From contig OY762007.1 of NCBI GenBank assembly GCA_963665115.1, forward strand, positions 7,904,001-7,968,000: 64,000 nucleotides of DNA, read 5' to 3'. Positions 51,829 through 62,006 of the stretch are shown in pieces. Source of the stretch: an uncultured Rivularia sp. (lineage in GTDB: Bacteria; Cyanobacteriota; Cyanobacteriia; Cyanobacteriales; Nostocaceae). The notes beneath the pieces are model-generated. The model was not told the DNA's origin. It did no database searches and was given only the letters and a program-made list of their open reading frames with translations. Both the position numbers and the translations under genes were made by a program. Every line of letters begins with the position of its first letter. The stretch's first letter is position 1.

Positions 51829-54732
51829 TTACCCCGCTTTACTCGCCGGATACTGCTTTAATACCTGCTTCAAATATTTCCCGGTATATGACTTTTCATT
51901 CTTCGCCACATCTTCTGGAGTACCCACAGCAATAATTTCTCCTCCTTTATCCCCTCCTTCGGGACCTAAATCTATTACCCAATCGGCACAGCGAATCACG
52001 TCTAAGTTATGCTCAATAACTAATATCGAGTTACCTTTATCTACCAATCTTTGCAGTACATCTAATAATTTATGTACGTCGTAAAATGATAATCCCGTTG
52101 TCGGCTCGTCAATTAAGTAAAGTGTCTTCCCAGTAGCTCGACGCGATAATTCACTGGCTAATTTCACCCGTTGCGCTTCACCACCCGATAAGGTTGTGGC
52201 TGGTTGTCCGAGTTTTACATATCCCAAACCGACATCTACTAAAGTTTGCAGTTTATTCGCAGCTTTGGGAATGTTAGCAAAAAATCCTACTGCTTCTTCA
52301 ACTGTCATGTTGAGAACATCGGAAATTGATTTGTCTTTGTATTTTACCTGCAATGTTTCGCGGTTATATCTGGCACCTTTGCAGACTTCGCACTGTACGT
52401 AAACATCCGGTAAAAAATTCATTTCGATCACGTTGACACCTTGTCCGGCGCAGGCTTCGCAACGTCCACCTTTAACGTTGAAAGAAAACTGTCCCGGTTT
52501 GTAACCCCGCGCTTTGGCTTCGATTGTTTCCGAAAATACCGCACGAATCGCGTCGAATATGCCCGTATAAGTCGCGGGGTTGGAACGTGGGGTTCTACCG
52601 ATGGGGGATTGATCGATGACAATTGCTTTGTCAACTGCTTTCAATCCCTTCATGCCGTCGATATCTTTGGGCATGGGAGTTTTTTTGAGCAGGTGGTGTT
52701 TTAGTGCCGGATAAAGCAACTCGTTGACTAAAGTTGATTTACCAGAACCCGAAACACCTGTAACAGTAACTAATTTACCTAAAGGAATTTCTACATCTAT
52801 ATTTCGTAGGTTGTTGCGACGGGCATTTTCAATTACTAAATTTATGCCGTTTCCGTCTCTTCTTTGTGCGGGAGTTGCAATTACTCTTCTTCCTGATAAG
52901 TAAGCACCAGTTAAGGAATCTTCGGCATCTAATAACGTTTGTAAATCGCCTTCTGCTACAATATGACCTCCGTGAATACCCGCACCTGGACCAATGTCAA
53001 CAACGTGGTTGGCAGCGCGAATTGTTTCTTCATCGTGTTCTACCACAATTAATGTGTTGCCCAAATCGCGCAATCTAAATAAAGTTTGCAGCAATTTTGC
53101 ATTGTCGCGCTGGTGCAAACCGATACTTGGTTCGTCCAGTACGTATAATACACCAGTTAAACCAGAACCGATTTGAGTTGCTAACCGAATTCGCTGAGCT
53201 TCCCCACCCGAAAGCGTCATTGCTGTCCGATTTAAAGTTAAATAATTTAAGCCCACATCTAAAAGAAACTGCAAACGCGCTTTGATTTCGCGCAAGACTA
53301 AATCTGCAATTTGCATTTGACGTTTACTTAGCTGCAAATTATTGATTCTTTCCTGAGCGTCGGTAATCGAAACCCCAGTTAAATCTAAAATTTTATATTG
53401 TCCCAACCTGACAGCTAAAGCTTCCGGTTTCAACTTTTTACCTTTGCATACCGGACAAGGTTGATCGATGATGTACTGCTCTAATTTATGCTTAATTAAC
53501 TCCGAACCACCCTCGTATTGACGCTGTAAAATCGGTAACACGCCTTTAAATTTCTTAGTGCGTTCCGATTCCGGAGTTTTCTCTTCTCCATGTAAAACTA
53601 TCTCCTGCTGTTCCGGAGTTAAATTTTGCCACTGCGTTTGTAACTCAAAGCCGTAATCCTGTCCCAGAGAGTAAAGTAGCTCTAGATAGTAAGAATTATC
53701 TTTCTCAGACCAAGGCGCGATCGCAGCGTAAATAGGGACTTGTGGATCGGGTACAACTAAATCGCGAGAAAATCTTTTTAATGTGCCGATTCCGTGACAA
53801 TTAGAACAAGCACCATAAGGTGAATTAAAGGAAAATAAGCGCGGCGATAATTCTTCCATTACCGCGCCATGTTCCGGACAAGCAAAGTTTTCCGAAAATA
53901 CTAATTCTTGGTCTTTATCTTCTTCTTTATTCCCCTCCTTTTCCAAGGAGGGGTTAGGAGAGGTAGGAGTATATAAAATAACTGCAATACCGTTAGACTG
54001 TTTTAAACACGTAGAAAGAGAATCGACCAAACGCTCTTCAATGCCGTCTTTCTTAATCAAACGGTCGATAACAACTTCTACAGTATGTGTATATTTTTTA
54101 TTTAATTCGATAGAATCCGAAAGCTCTCGCACCTCACCATTAATGCGAACTCGGACAAAACCTTGAGAAGCAAGACTAGATAATAATTTGGCGTGAGTAC
54201 CCTTCTTACCGCGAACCACCGGAGCCAGAATTTGAAACTTAGTGCGATCGGGCAACTCCATGATTTTATCAACCATTTCATCAATGGTTTGGGGAGCAAT
54301 AGAGCGATCGCACACCGGGCAATGGGGTTCGCCAGCCCTACCAAACAACAAACGGAGATAATCGTAAATTTCCGTTACCGTTCCTACAGTCGAGCGCGGG
54401 TTATGAGAAGTAGACTTTTGATCGATAGAAATCGCTGGGCTTAAACCTTCAATCGCTTCCACATCCGGCTTATCCATCTGTCCCAAAAACTGACGCGCAT
54501 AGGAACTAAGGGACTCAACATAACGGCGCTGCCCTTCAGCAAAGATGGTATCAAAAGCCAAAGAAGACTTACCAGAACCAGAAACCCCGGTAAAAACAAT
54601 CAGTTGACGCGAAGGAATTTCTAGATCGACATTCTTTAAATTATGCTGCCTAGCACCGCGAATGCGGATTGTATTTTGGTTAGAGTTAGGGAGTTTTCCA
54701 TTTAAGGATGCAGCTAACTTAGTTTCTGACAT
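51829..54732 (-). CDS. uvrA: Excinuclease ABC subunit A
   Basis: GARQHNLKN, two GVSGSGKS Walker A motifs, Zn fingers, two LSGGEAQR signatures. Confidence 0.97.
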   Translation of the reverse strand: MSETKLAASLNGKLPNSNQNTIRIRGARQHNLKNVDLEIPSRQLIVFTGVSGSGKSSLAFDTIFAEGQRRYVESLSSYARQFLGQMDKPDVEAIEGLSPAISIDQKSTSHNPRSTVGTVTEIYDYLRLLFGRAGEPHCPVCDRSIAPQTIDEMVDKIMELPDRTKFQILAPVVRGKKGTHAKLLSSLASQGFVRVRINGEVRELSDSIELNKKYTHTVEVVIDRLIKKDGIEERLVDSLSTCLKQSNGIAVILYTPTSPNPSLEKEGNKEEDKDQELVFSENFACPEHGAVMEELSPRLFSFNSPYGACSNCHGIGTLKRFSRDLVVPDPQVPIYAAIAPWSEKDNSYYLELLYSLGQDYGFELQTQWQNLTPEQQEIVLHGEEKTPESERTKKFKGVLPILQRQYEGGSELIKHKLEQYIIDQPCPVCKGKKLKPEALAVRLGQYKILDLTGVSITDAQERINNLQLSKRQMQIADLVLREIKARLQFLLDVGLNYLTLNRTAMTLSGGEAQRIRLATQIGSGLTGVLYVLDEPSIGLHQRDNAKLLQTLFRLRDLGNTLIVVEHDEETIRAANHVVDIGPGAGIHGGHIVAEGDLQTLLDAEDSLTGAYLSGRRVIATPAQRRDGNGINLVIENARRNNLRNIDVEIPLGKLVTVTGVSGSGKSTLVNELLYPALKHHLLKKTPMPKDIDGMKGLKAVDKAIVIDQSPIGRTPRSNPATYTGIFDAIRAVFSETIEAKARGYKPGQFSFNVKGGRCEACAGQGVNVIEMNFLPDVYVQCEVCKGARYNRETLQVKYKDKSISDVLNMTVEEAVGFFANIPKAANKLQTLVDVGLGYVKLGQPATTLSGGEAQRVKLASELSRRATGKTLYLIDEPTTGLSFYDVHKLLDVLQRLVDKGNSILVIEHNLDVIRCADWVIDLGPEGGDKGGEIIAVGTPEDVAKNEKSYTGKYLKQVLKQYPASKAG

Positions 54733-54793
54733 ATCAGCAAGGTGGGCGGCAAGGAACAATCTTTAATAATACTATCGTTACTGTAGTTATGGT

Positions 54794-54807
54794 AGAACAA
54801 TCGTACT
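54794..54807 (-). promoter_or_regulatory. LexA box upstream of uvrA
   Basis: Minus strand AGTACGATTGTTCT fits the cyanobacterial consensus RGTACNNNDGTWCB, about 60 nt before the uvrA ATG. Confidence 0.75.
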
Positions 54808-55146
54808 TAATTTGGGAATTGGGCATTGGGCATGGGGGATTGGGCATAGGGAGTTAGGAGTTTTCAATATATAAAGCCCCCCTTAAAAAATGGGGGTTGG
54901 GGGGATCTTATTGTCTGAAACACCATACTTTAATTATGTATTTGTATTAAATTTATTCTTCTATTAGCAAAAAATGTAACTCTATTAACCCGGTTTTGCG
55001 GGTTGTTACTTACGATATATTTGTGTCGCTCTTGCTAACTGTTTGACTAACACCACGATAAACAGTTTATTTCAGAAAACTGCATTGCAAAAAACAATTG
55101 TATAGATTGTAATAAGTACATAGGTTAGTATAATGGAATTTATCTA

Positions 55147-55464
55147 ATGCGCTACTGTTCTTTATTACTCACAGGTTTATTTGCTAGCGCTAGCGTTGTT
55201 GTGACTACTCAAGTAAAAGCACAAAAACGCCCTTCTAATGACCAATCTATGTATATGAAAGTTATGACTACAGCCGACATTGCTATAAATAACTGTTATG
55301 TTGGCAAGCGTGTCAATGAGTGTGCAAGGCTTCATCATATCCAGAGTACGCTTACAAAATGGTGCGGCAGAGGAAAAAAAGAAGCGTGTTACTTATTAAT
55401 TGATATAAGTTCTATGGAACGGTCTGCTATGATGTTGCAATCTATAGATTCTATAAAGTTCTAA
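55147..55464 (+). CDS. Small secreted Cys-containing hypothetical protein
   Basis: Signal peptide ending VKA; four Cys in the mature part. Confidence 0.6.
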   Translation: MRYCSLLLTGLFASASVVVTTQVKAQKRPSNDQSMYMKVMTTADIAINNCYVGKRVNECARLHHIQSTLTKWCGRGKKEACYLLIDISSMERSAMMLQSIDSIKF

Positions 55465-55467
55465 GGT

Positions 55468-56073
55468 TCATTCTCGCTTAAACAAAAACAAATTCCCCGT
55501 CTTCCCCCTTCCGACTCGAATTTCCTCATCCAAATAAGATGTTATCCATACAGCTTCGTTGCGGAGAGCTTCCATAACTGGGATTTTTAATTCGGGTAAA
55601 TTAAATAGTAAGTTAAAAATTTTTGTTGCTTGAAACGCAAATGCATCAAAGCTGACTAAAGCAGTTTTTTGATCTTCCTGACTCTTCCAAATACCATTAG
55701 CCTGGATTTTCCATTCTCCTAATAAAGGTAATTCGATTTCGGCACAGTTAGAAGTTGCAATTTCGGTGTTACTACAATTCAATTTTTGATATACTCGCTT
55801 GATTTTAATTCCCGTCCAATCTGGAATTGTGGCAACTTGACGGGTAACTACTGTTCCGTTGGAAGCATATATCAACTGCCAGCTACCAGATATTAAAGTT
55901 TGATTATCTAAGTTTAACGGTTGAGGGATTGGGTTTAAGTCTTCTAATTCTCGGATAATATTATCTATAGCTGGTTCTGGTTGTGGAAATATAGCTTGCT
56001 GCGATGACAAAGCTTCGACTCGCTGCATTAGCTGTGTTTTCAGAGATTGTCTGTTTGTATTTTCTGCTGTCAT
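55468..56073 (-). CDS. PAP/fibrillin family protein
   Basis: LEDLNP, GSWQLIYAS, SYLDEEIRVGRG.GNLF. Confidence 0.85.
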   Translation of the reverse strand: MTAENTNRQSLKTQLMQRVEALSSQQAIFPQPEPAIDNIIRELEDLNPIPQPLNLDNQTLISGSWQLIYASNGTVVTRQVATIPDWTGIKIKRVYQKLNCSNTEIATSNCAEIELPLLGEWKIQANGIWKSQEDQKTALVSFDAFAFQATKIFNLLFNLPELKIPVMEALRNEAVWITSYLDEEIRVGRGKTGNLFLFKRE

Positions 56074-56114
56074 ATTTTGAAAGAGGGAATGGGGTTAGTT
56101 TGACTAATTAATAT

Positions 56115-56177
56115 AAGGTTTGTAGTAAGTGCTTCAGCCCTTGGAGAAGAGGGGCTAAAGCCCTGACTACGAACCTT
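56115..56177. repeat. REPIN-like doublet
   Basis: aaggtttGTAGt..gcttcagccc ... gggctaaagc..gaCTACgaacctt. Confidence 0.7.
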
Positions 56178-56383
56178 CGCTCCCTAAAATTATTATCACG
56201 TATTTTCAATCTCTCTCTTTAGCTATAACTAGCGAAATTCAGAAGCAAGACTAAAGTTAGTTTTCAAAATTAGCTTTAATCGTTCATACTGCTGACAAAC
56301 GGAATTCGTAATTAATCAAGAATGGGTATCAAAACTCGTCTGTATAATAATTACGAACTAGAAATTAATATTTACTAATTATT

Positions 56384-57226
56384 ATGCGTTGGGAATTTGG
56401 TCGAAGAAGCGACAATGTTGAAGACAGGCGCGGCGGTGGAGGTGTTTCTCCAGGCTTAGTTGGTGGTGGTTTGGGTGGTTTGATTCTGACAGTAATTGCG
56501 CTTCTTTTAGGTGTAGATCCAGCCATTATTGAGCAGGTTGCTCCCAGAGATGGCGGCTATAAAGTTCCAACTCAAACAACTTCTCAACCTAGAGATGAAA
56601 TGGGACAATTTGTTTCAGTAGTATTAGCCGATACCGAAGATACCTGGAAACCACTATTTCGGCAGATGGGGAGAAACTATCGAGAACCAAAATTAGTTCT
56701 TTTTGAGAATTCAGTACGATCGGCTTGCGGTTATGCTAGTTCTGCCGTCGGTCCTTTTTACTGTCCCCCAGACCAAAAAGTATATTTAGATTTAGGCTTT
56801 TTCCGAGATTTAAAAAATAAACTTGGCGCACCCGGAGACTTTGCTCAAGCATATGTAATTGCTCATGAAGTCGGACATCACGTCCAAAATTTGATGGGAA
56901 TATCTGACGAAGTTAGAAGCGTACAAAATCGAGTTGGGCAAGTACAAGCAAACCAACTTTCCGTCAGACTAGAATTACAAGCCGATTGTTTCGCAGGTAT
57001 TTGGGCACATCACGCTCAAAGACAGAGACAAATTATCGAGCAAGGAGACATTCAAGAAGCAATGAATGCAGCCGCAAGCATCGGAGACGATAGATTGCAA
57101 AAACAAGCAAAAGGATATGTCGTCCCTGAATCTTTTACTCATGGAAGTTCCGCACAGCGCGTTAAATGGTTTAAAACAGGTATTCAAACTGGCAAAGTTG
57201 ATGCTTGTAATACTTTTAAAAGTTAA
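56384..57226 (+). CDS. Neutral zinc metallopeptidase (YpfJ-like)
   Basis: SDNVEDRRG, GPFYCP, AHEVGHH, ELQADC, THGSSAQR. Confidence 0.9.
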   Translation: MRWEFGRRSDNVEDRRGGGGVSPGLVGGGLGGLILTVIALLLGVDPAIIEQVAPRDGGYKVPTQTTSQPRDEMGQFVSVVLADTEDTWKPLFRQMGRNYREPKLVLFENSVRSACGYASSAVGPFYCPPDQKVYLDLGFFRDLKNKLGAPGDFAQAYVIAHEVGHHVQNLMGISDEVRSVQNRVGQVQANQLSVRLELQADCFAGIWAHHAQRQRQIIEQGDIQEAMNAAASIGDDRLQKQAKGYVVPESFTHGSSAQRVKWFKTGIQTGKVDACNTFKS

Positions 57227-57229
57227 TTA

Positions 57230-57502
57230 ATTGGTAATTGGGAATGGGTAATTGGTAATTGGTAATTGAGCATAGGGCATTGGGAATAGTTAGGAGTATT
57301 GAGTAGGGAGTAGAGAGTAGCAAGTAAATCACTTTTTTATTGTTGTCATAAATGTCGGTACTTCTGCCCGTCTATTTTTACTCGCGACTTGTTACTCATT
57401 ACTCATTACTTATTACTCATTACTTACTACTCACTACTTACTACTCACTACTTTAATAATGTCCCCTTGTCTCCCCATCTCCCCATCTACCCCCTCACCC
57501 CC
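57230..57502 (+). repeat. Composite repeat element copy C (diverged core 57323-57382)
   Basis: Same arm order and ctttaataatgtc linker as copy A. Confidence 0.82.
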
Positions 57503-58378
57503 TCACCCCATCCATTCCAAAATTTCTGGATTCACCAAATCGGGAACTTCATCATGGGGACAGTGCCCTGCTCCGGGTATCGGAACGATTTTAATATCTT
57601 TACCGTTATCCCTAGCTTGTTCGTAAACTTTAGCGCCTGTAATTGGTGTCCAAGGATCGTCTGCTCCCCAAATTACTAGTAATGGACGCTCTACTTTAGG
57701 TAATAATTCCTCTGGGGATTTACCGGGAGGTGCTGTCAATATTGATGCAAATACTTGCTGTGCGCCTTCGTCACAGGATGGCTCGTAAAGCATATCTACT
57801 AGTTCATCGGTGACGGCATTGCGATCGCGATAAACTTGGTAGAGGGTGCGCTTAATTTGCGATTTTCTGCGAATATTGTTAAATACAAATTTACCTGTTA
57901 TCGGATGACTTACCAATTTATTAAAACTGCCCATCACAAAGCGCAGCGGTGGGTTTAGTTCGTTGGAGCGATGGCTCAAACCTCCCGCAGCGTTGATTAA
58001 AACTGCACCACTAGTAATTTCGGGATGCTCTGCTGCTATTGTCAAACTTATTAATGCACCTACAGAGTTACCGATAAATACGGCAGGTTGTTTGATATGC
58101 TCTTGCCAAAAGTCTTTGAGTAATTCAACCCATAAATCAACGCTGTACTCTACTGGTGCTTTATCGGAACCACCGAATCCTAATAAATCTAAAGCAAACA
58201 CTTGATAGCCAGCGTCTGCTAATACGGGAATATTTTTCTTCCAATGTCCGATAGATGCACCAAAACCGTGGATTAATACTAAAGGTTTTCCGGTACCCAT
58301 GACGGTATATTGAATTTTGTTACCCTTCCAGTTCCAAAAGAGTTTTTCAAAGGTTGTTGTTTGTGTTGTGGTAGTCAC
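57503..58378 (-). CDS. Alpha/beta fold hydrolase
   Basis: IHGFGAS, GNSVG nucleophile, WGADDPW, GHCPHDE. Confidence 0.9.
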   Translation of the reverse strand: MTTTTQTTTFEKLFWNWKGNKIQYTVMGTGKPLVLIHGFGASIGHWKKNIPVLADAGYQVFALDLLGFGGSDKAPVEYSVDLWVELLKDFWQEHIKQPAVFIGNSVGALISLTIAAEHPEITSGAVLINAAGGLSHRSNELNPPLRFVMGSFNKLVSHPITGKFVFNNIRRKSQIKRTLYQVYRDRNAVTDELVDMLYEPSCDEGAQQVFASILTAPPGKSPEELLPKVERPLLVIWGADDPWTPITGAKVYEQARDNGKDIKIVPIPGAGHCPHDEVPDLVNPEILEWMG

Positions 58379-58522
58379 GGTTTTTGTGAAGTTTAATAAA
58401 GTCTTTCTTATTATGGTAGCGGTTTGTGGGTATTGAAGCGTTAATAAAATAGTTTCATTCCACATTAATAGAAATACATATAACTTGTGTAGAGACGTAG
58501 CAGTGCTACGTCTGCTTTACGT

Positions 58523-61500
58523 TTATGTAGTTACACTATTAAAATCAACCTTGACAATAGTGTCGTTAAAGTCTCTATCTCCACCTCCAGCTAAATCTTC
58601 AAAGCCGAAAATATTGTCACCAAGCATCATGACGTGATCTGCACTGTCTGAATTAGCATCAAGGAATGAAAAGAAAATCTCATCAAATACATCAGTGGTA
58701 CCGTCAACGATTAAAAAAGGTACAAATATCGAACCAGCTTCAAATTCGCCTTCAAAAGTTGCTGTAGATTGATTTTCAACGCTTAAATCAATACTCGCAA
58801 TCCGATTTTGTACAGCTGCTTGTGCATAACCAGCATCTCCAACCAGTATATCTGCTGTACCGTCACCGTCTGTATCTATACCGCCATTCTCATCAGTAAC
58901 TTTGTAGAAGCCGATAACATTATCAAATTCTGCTTCGCGGTTAACGGTAAAGGTTGCAGTTTGCTTGCTAGTTACTTCGCGTAAATCAAGTACTTCAATT
59001 GTGTCTTGCAATCCGCTACCGATGGCTTTCTTGGCTTTACCATCCAGTTGCATTTTGATTTTTACACCTCCAAAGTCTAAATCAAAGTCATTTTTTTCTA
59101 ATTCGGATACTTCAGAAGAAAAAGCGACTTGAGATAAGTTGATTTTACCTTTTTTAGCTCCGTCGAGAGTACCTTCTTTCACCGACAAGAAACGGAAACT
59201 TTTATCGCTGCTAAATTCTATAATCTTTTCAAGACTTGTTGAATCAAAACCTTGAGGTGCATTTCCTAATACGGAAAATATGGTTTGAGCGCGTTTTAAA
59301 GCTGCTTCGATATATCCTTCAGCATCGGGAGAAATTCCATCAATGGTTCCCTCATCATCATCAACAGTAACGAAGCCAATTTCTTTGATTTCTTCTATAT
59401 TTTTACTCTTGAAAGAAAACTTGATTGAAGATTTACCACCTTTGATTTTACTTTTGAATTTGAAGGTGCTTTTACCGTTAGAAGTAAAGCTTAATTCTCC
59501 TTCGTCATCGTCGTTATCATCATCACCAATCGGAATGTCTGGTTTCTCACTGTCATTATCATCAATCGGAATATCTTTGTTTTCCTCATCCTTATCATTA
59601 CCAATCGGAATATCTGGTGTTTCATCAATGATAGGTTCTTTATCTTCACTGGTGATAGTGATAGTATTTGCAGCGACATCTGTTGTAGAAACGGTGTAAT
59701 CGCTTCCTACAGCTATACTTAAAGCAACTGTTTCATCTTGCTCAACAGTCGCGTCATCGGTAATATTTAAAATAACGTTAGCGGTTGCTTCTTCTGCTTT
59801 AAAAGTAACTTTACCTTTACTACCGTCAAATTCTTCTGCACCCGTTAAAGAATAATCTTCATTAAATGTAGCACTACCAGTAACAGTAAAATCAACTGTT
59901 AATTCTACGCTGGTATCACCTGTACGATTGAAAGTGTAGGTGATTTGATTGTTATCACCTTCGGTAATAGTGTTGGAATTAACAGATAAAGTAACTAATG
60001 CTTTTTCTTTTTGTGATTCTAATTTGGTTTCTTCTAACTTGATAAGGAAGCTATCAAAATTCTTTTGAGTGGTAAAAGTTTTATCTCCGAAAGCTGCTTC
60101 TTGGTAAAAATCACCAGCTATGTAGATTTTACCGTCATTTATATCGATATCGGAGATAGTTTCTGGGTTATTACCACCTATGTTTTGCGCCCATTTTACT
60201 TCACCCTCGCTGTCTAGCTTGGCGATAAAAGCATCGTTGCCTGAAGAAGACTTGTCATTTTGAGTATAAAGCATAAAGTTACCAACACTTATGCTTTCAC
60301 CAAAATGATATCCGGTGACGTAACTATTGCCCGTATCGTCAACAGTAATACCTTTGGCTACAATATTTCTATTCTTGTTAGTATCAAAGACTTCTTCCCA
60401 CTGTACATCACCTTCGCTATCAAGTTTGGCAACAAATACATCACCTGATTCATTAAGTTCCCTAAATGCTCCGGTAATGTAGGCATTGCCTTCAGAATCC
60501 AAAGTAATACTAGTAGCATCGTCATACCCGCCACGCTCGCCGTCAAAGTCTTTTGCCCACAGTACATCACCATTGCTATCAAGCTTAGCTACGAAAGCAT
60601 CACCTGATTCGCCACCTTCAAGGGTAGTATTACCAAAAGTTACCGTGTCTTCAAATCTTCCGGCGATATAGGCATTGCCCTCAGCATCTAAAACGATATC
60701 ATTAGCTCTTTCATCCCCATTATCGCTACCTAAATCTTTAGCCCATAACACATCACCTTTGCTGTCTAATTTGGTGACAAAAATATCACGACCTTCACTA
60801 CTTTCAAGGGTAGTATTACCAAAGGTTATTGTATCTTCAAACCTTCCGGTAATGTATGTGTTGCCCTTATTGTCTGTGCTAATGTCAGAATCGTAATTAG
60901 ATAGCTTATCATTGCTAAATTTTTTAGCCCATAAAGTATCACCTTTACCGTCAAGTTTAGTGACGAAAACATTACCCGATTCACCACCTTCAAGAGTGAT
61001 ATCGCCAAAGGTGATTGCGTCTCTAAACGTTCCGGTAATGTAAGTGTTACCGTCATCATCTACCGCAATATCATCAGTGTTTTCAAAAGTATTTCCACCA
61101 AAGTTCTTTGCCCACTCGACATTTCCATCTTTGTCAAACTTGGTCACAAAATCATCATAATCACCTTTAGGTGTGAGAGTTTGATTTCCAAAAGTAACTT
61201 GACTTCTAAACCATCCCGTGGCGTAAGTATTTGCTCGATCATCTAAGGCAAAACGTCTATAGCTACCATCACTAATGCCAAATTGCTTTGCCCAATCTAC
61301 ATTTAACATTGGATCGTTATTTGCGATCGCACTTGTTGCCATCACCGAATCTGCATCAAAAATGTAATTACTTCCAATTGCTAAACTCAGCTTTACAGTT
61401 TCATCCGACTCAATTTCAGCATCTGCAATTGGTGTAATGTTAACGGTAGCAGTTGTTTCTCCAGCAGCTATGGAAATTTTACCTTGAGTAGTGGTGAATT

Positions 61501-61741
61501 CTTCTGCACCAGCTTGTTGATAGTCTGTATTAAAAGTCGCCGTACCACTGACAGTAAAATTAACTGTCAAAGCATTACTAATATCATCATCAGTACGAGT
61601 AAAAGTATATTTGAGCGTTTTACTATCATCTTCAGCGACACTTATAGAATCAACTGCAATAGTTACTTCTGTAGGTGGCTGAATGATTTGTAAAGCCTCT
61701 TCTGCTTGCAATTCCCTGATTTCTAAAAAATTATCTTCCAT
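58523..61741 (-). CDS. Large acidic surface/secreted protein: Calx-beta, SBBP beta-propeller repeats, Calx-beta, DUF4114
   Basis: VNFTVSGTAT..DY and E.DETV.L (Calx-beta), about seven D..GN.YITG.F...FV.KLD..G...WA repeats, C-terminal FGFEDLAGGGDRDFND. Confidence 0.85.
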   Translation of the reverse strand: MEDNFLEIRELQAEEALQIIQPPTEVTIAVDSISVAEDDSKTLKYTFTRTDDDISNALTVNFTVSGTATFNTDYQQAGAEEFTTTQGKISIAAGETTATVNITPIADAEIESDETVKLSLAIGSNYIFDADSVMATSAIANNDPMLNVDWAKQFGISDGSYRRFALDDRANTYATGWFRSQVTFGNQTLTPKGDYDDFVTKFDKDGNVEWAKNFGGNTFENTDDIAVDDDGNTYITGTFRDAITFGDITLEGGESGNVFVTKLDGKGDTLWAKKFSNDKLSNYDSDISTDNKGNTYITGRFEDTITFGNTTLESSEGRDIFVTKLDSKGDVLWAKDLGSDNGDERANDIVLDAEGNAYIAGRFEDTVTFGNTTLEGGESGDAFVAKLDSNGDVLWAKDFDGERGGYDDATSITLDSEGNAYITGAFRELNESGDVFVAKLDSEGDVQWEEVFDTNKNRNIVAKGITVDDTGNSYVTGYHFGESISVGNFMLYTQNDKSSSGNDAFIAKLDSEGEVKWAQNIGGNNPETISDIDINDGKIYIAGDFYQEAAFGDKTFTTQKNFDSFLIKLEETKLESQKEKALVTLSVNSNTITEGDNNQITYTFNRTGDTSVELTVDFTVTGSATFNEDYSLTGAEEFDGSKGKVTFKAEEATANVILNITDDATVEQDETVALSIAVGSDYTVSTTDVAANTITITSEDKEPIIDETPDIPIGNDKDEENKDIPIDDNDSEKPDIPIGDDDNDDDEGELSFTSNGKSTFKFKSKIKGGKSSIKFSFKSKNIEEIKEIGFVTVDDDEGTIDGISPDAEGYIEAALKRAQTIFSVLGNAPQGFDSTSLEKIIEFSSDKSFRFLSVKEGTLDGAKKGKINLSQVAFSSEVSELEKNDFDLDFGGVKIKMQLDGKAKKAIGSGLQDTIEVLDLREVTSKQTATFTVNREAEFDNVIGFYKVTDENGGIDTDGDGTADILVGDAGYAQAAVQNRIASIDLSVENQSTATFEGEFEAGSIFVPFLIVDGTTDVFDEIFFSFLDANSDSADHVMMLGDNIFGFEDLAGGGDRDFNDTIVKVDFNSVTT

Positions 61742-61907
61742 ATCGAGTAGCTTTAGGTTTTAATAATAAAATGGTTTCCCATCGGTTGTAACCTAAGCTA
61801 CTTTTGTATGTCAAAATCAGATAAACTAGGGAAAAAAGATACGTATTTATACTTAAGTGCTTGACGAGTACAACTAGTTGCTCGTGATAATACCGATACT
61901 ATTTATA

Positions 61908-62006
61908 CAACCTATTATTTCGATAGTTATCCCCATTTACAATCGAGAAAATTATCTAAAAATTGCTATCGAAAGCGTTCTTAGGCAAACATTTACTGAC
62001 TTAGAA
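61908..62006 (+). pseudogene. 5' fragment of a family 2 glycosyltransferase
   Basis: QPIISIVIPIYNRENYLKIAIESVLRQTFTDLE. Similarity ends inside the 3' end of the convergent MscS-family gene. Confidence 0.7.
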
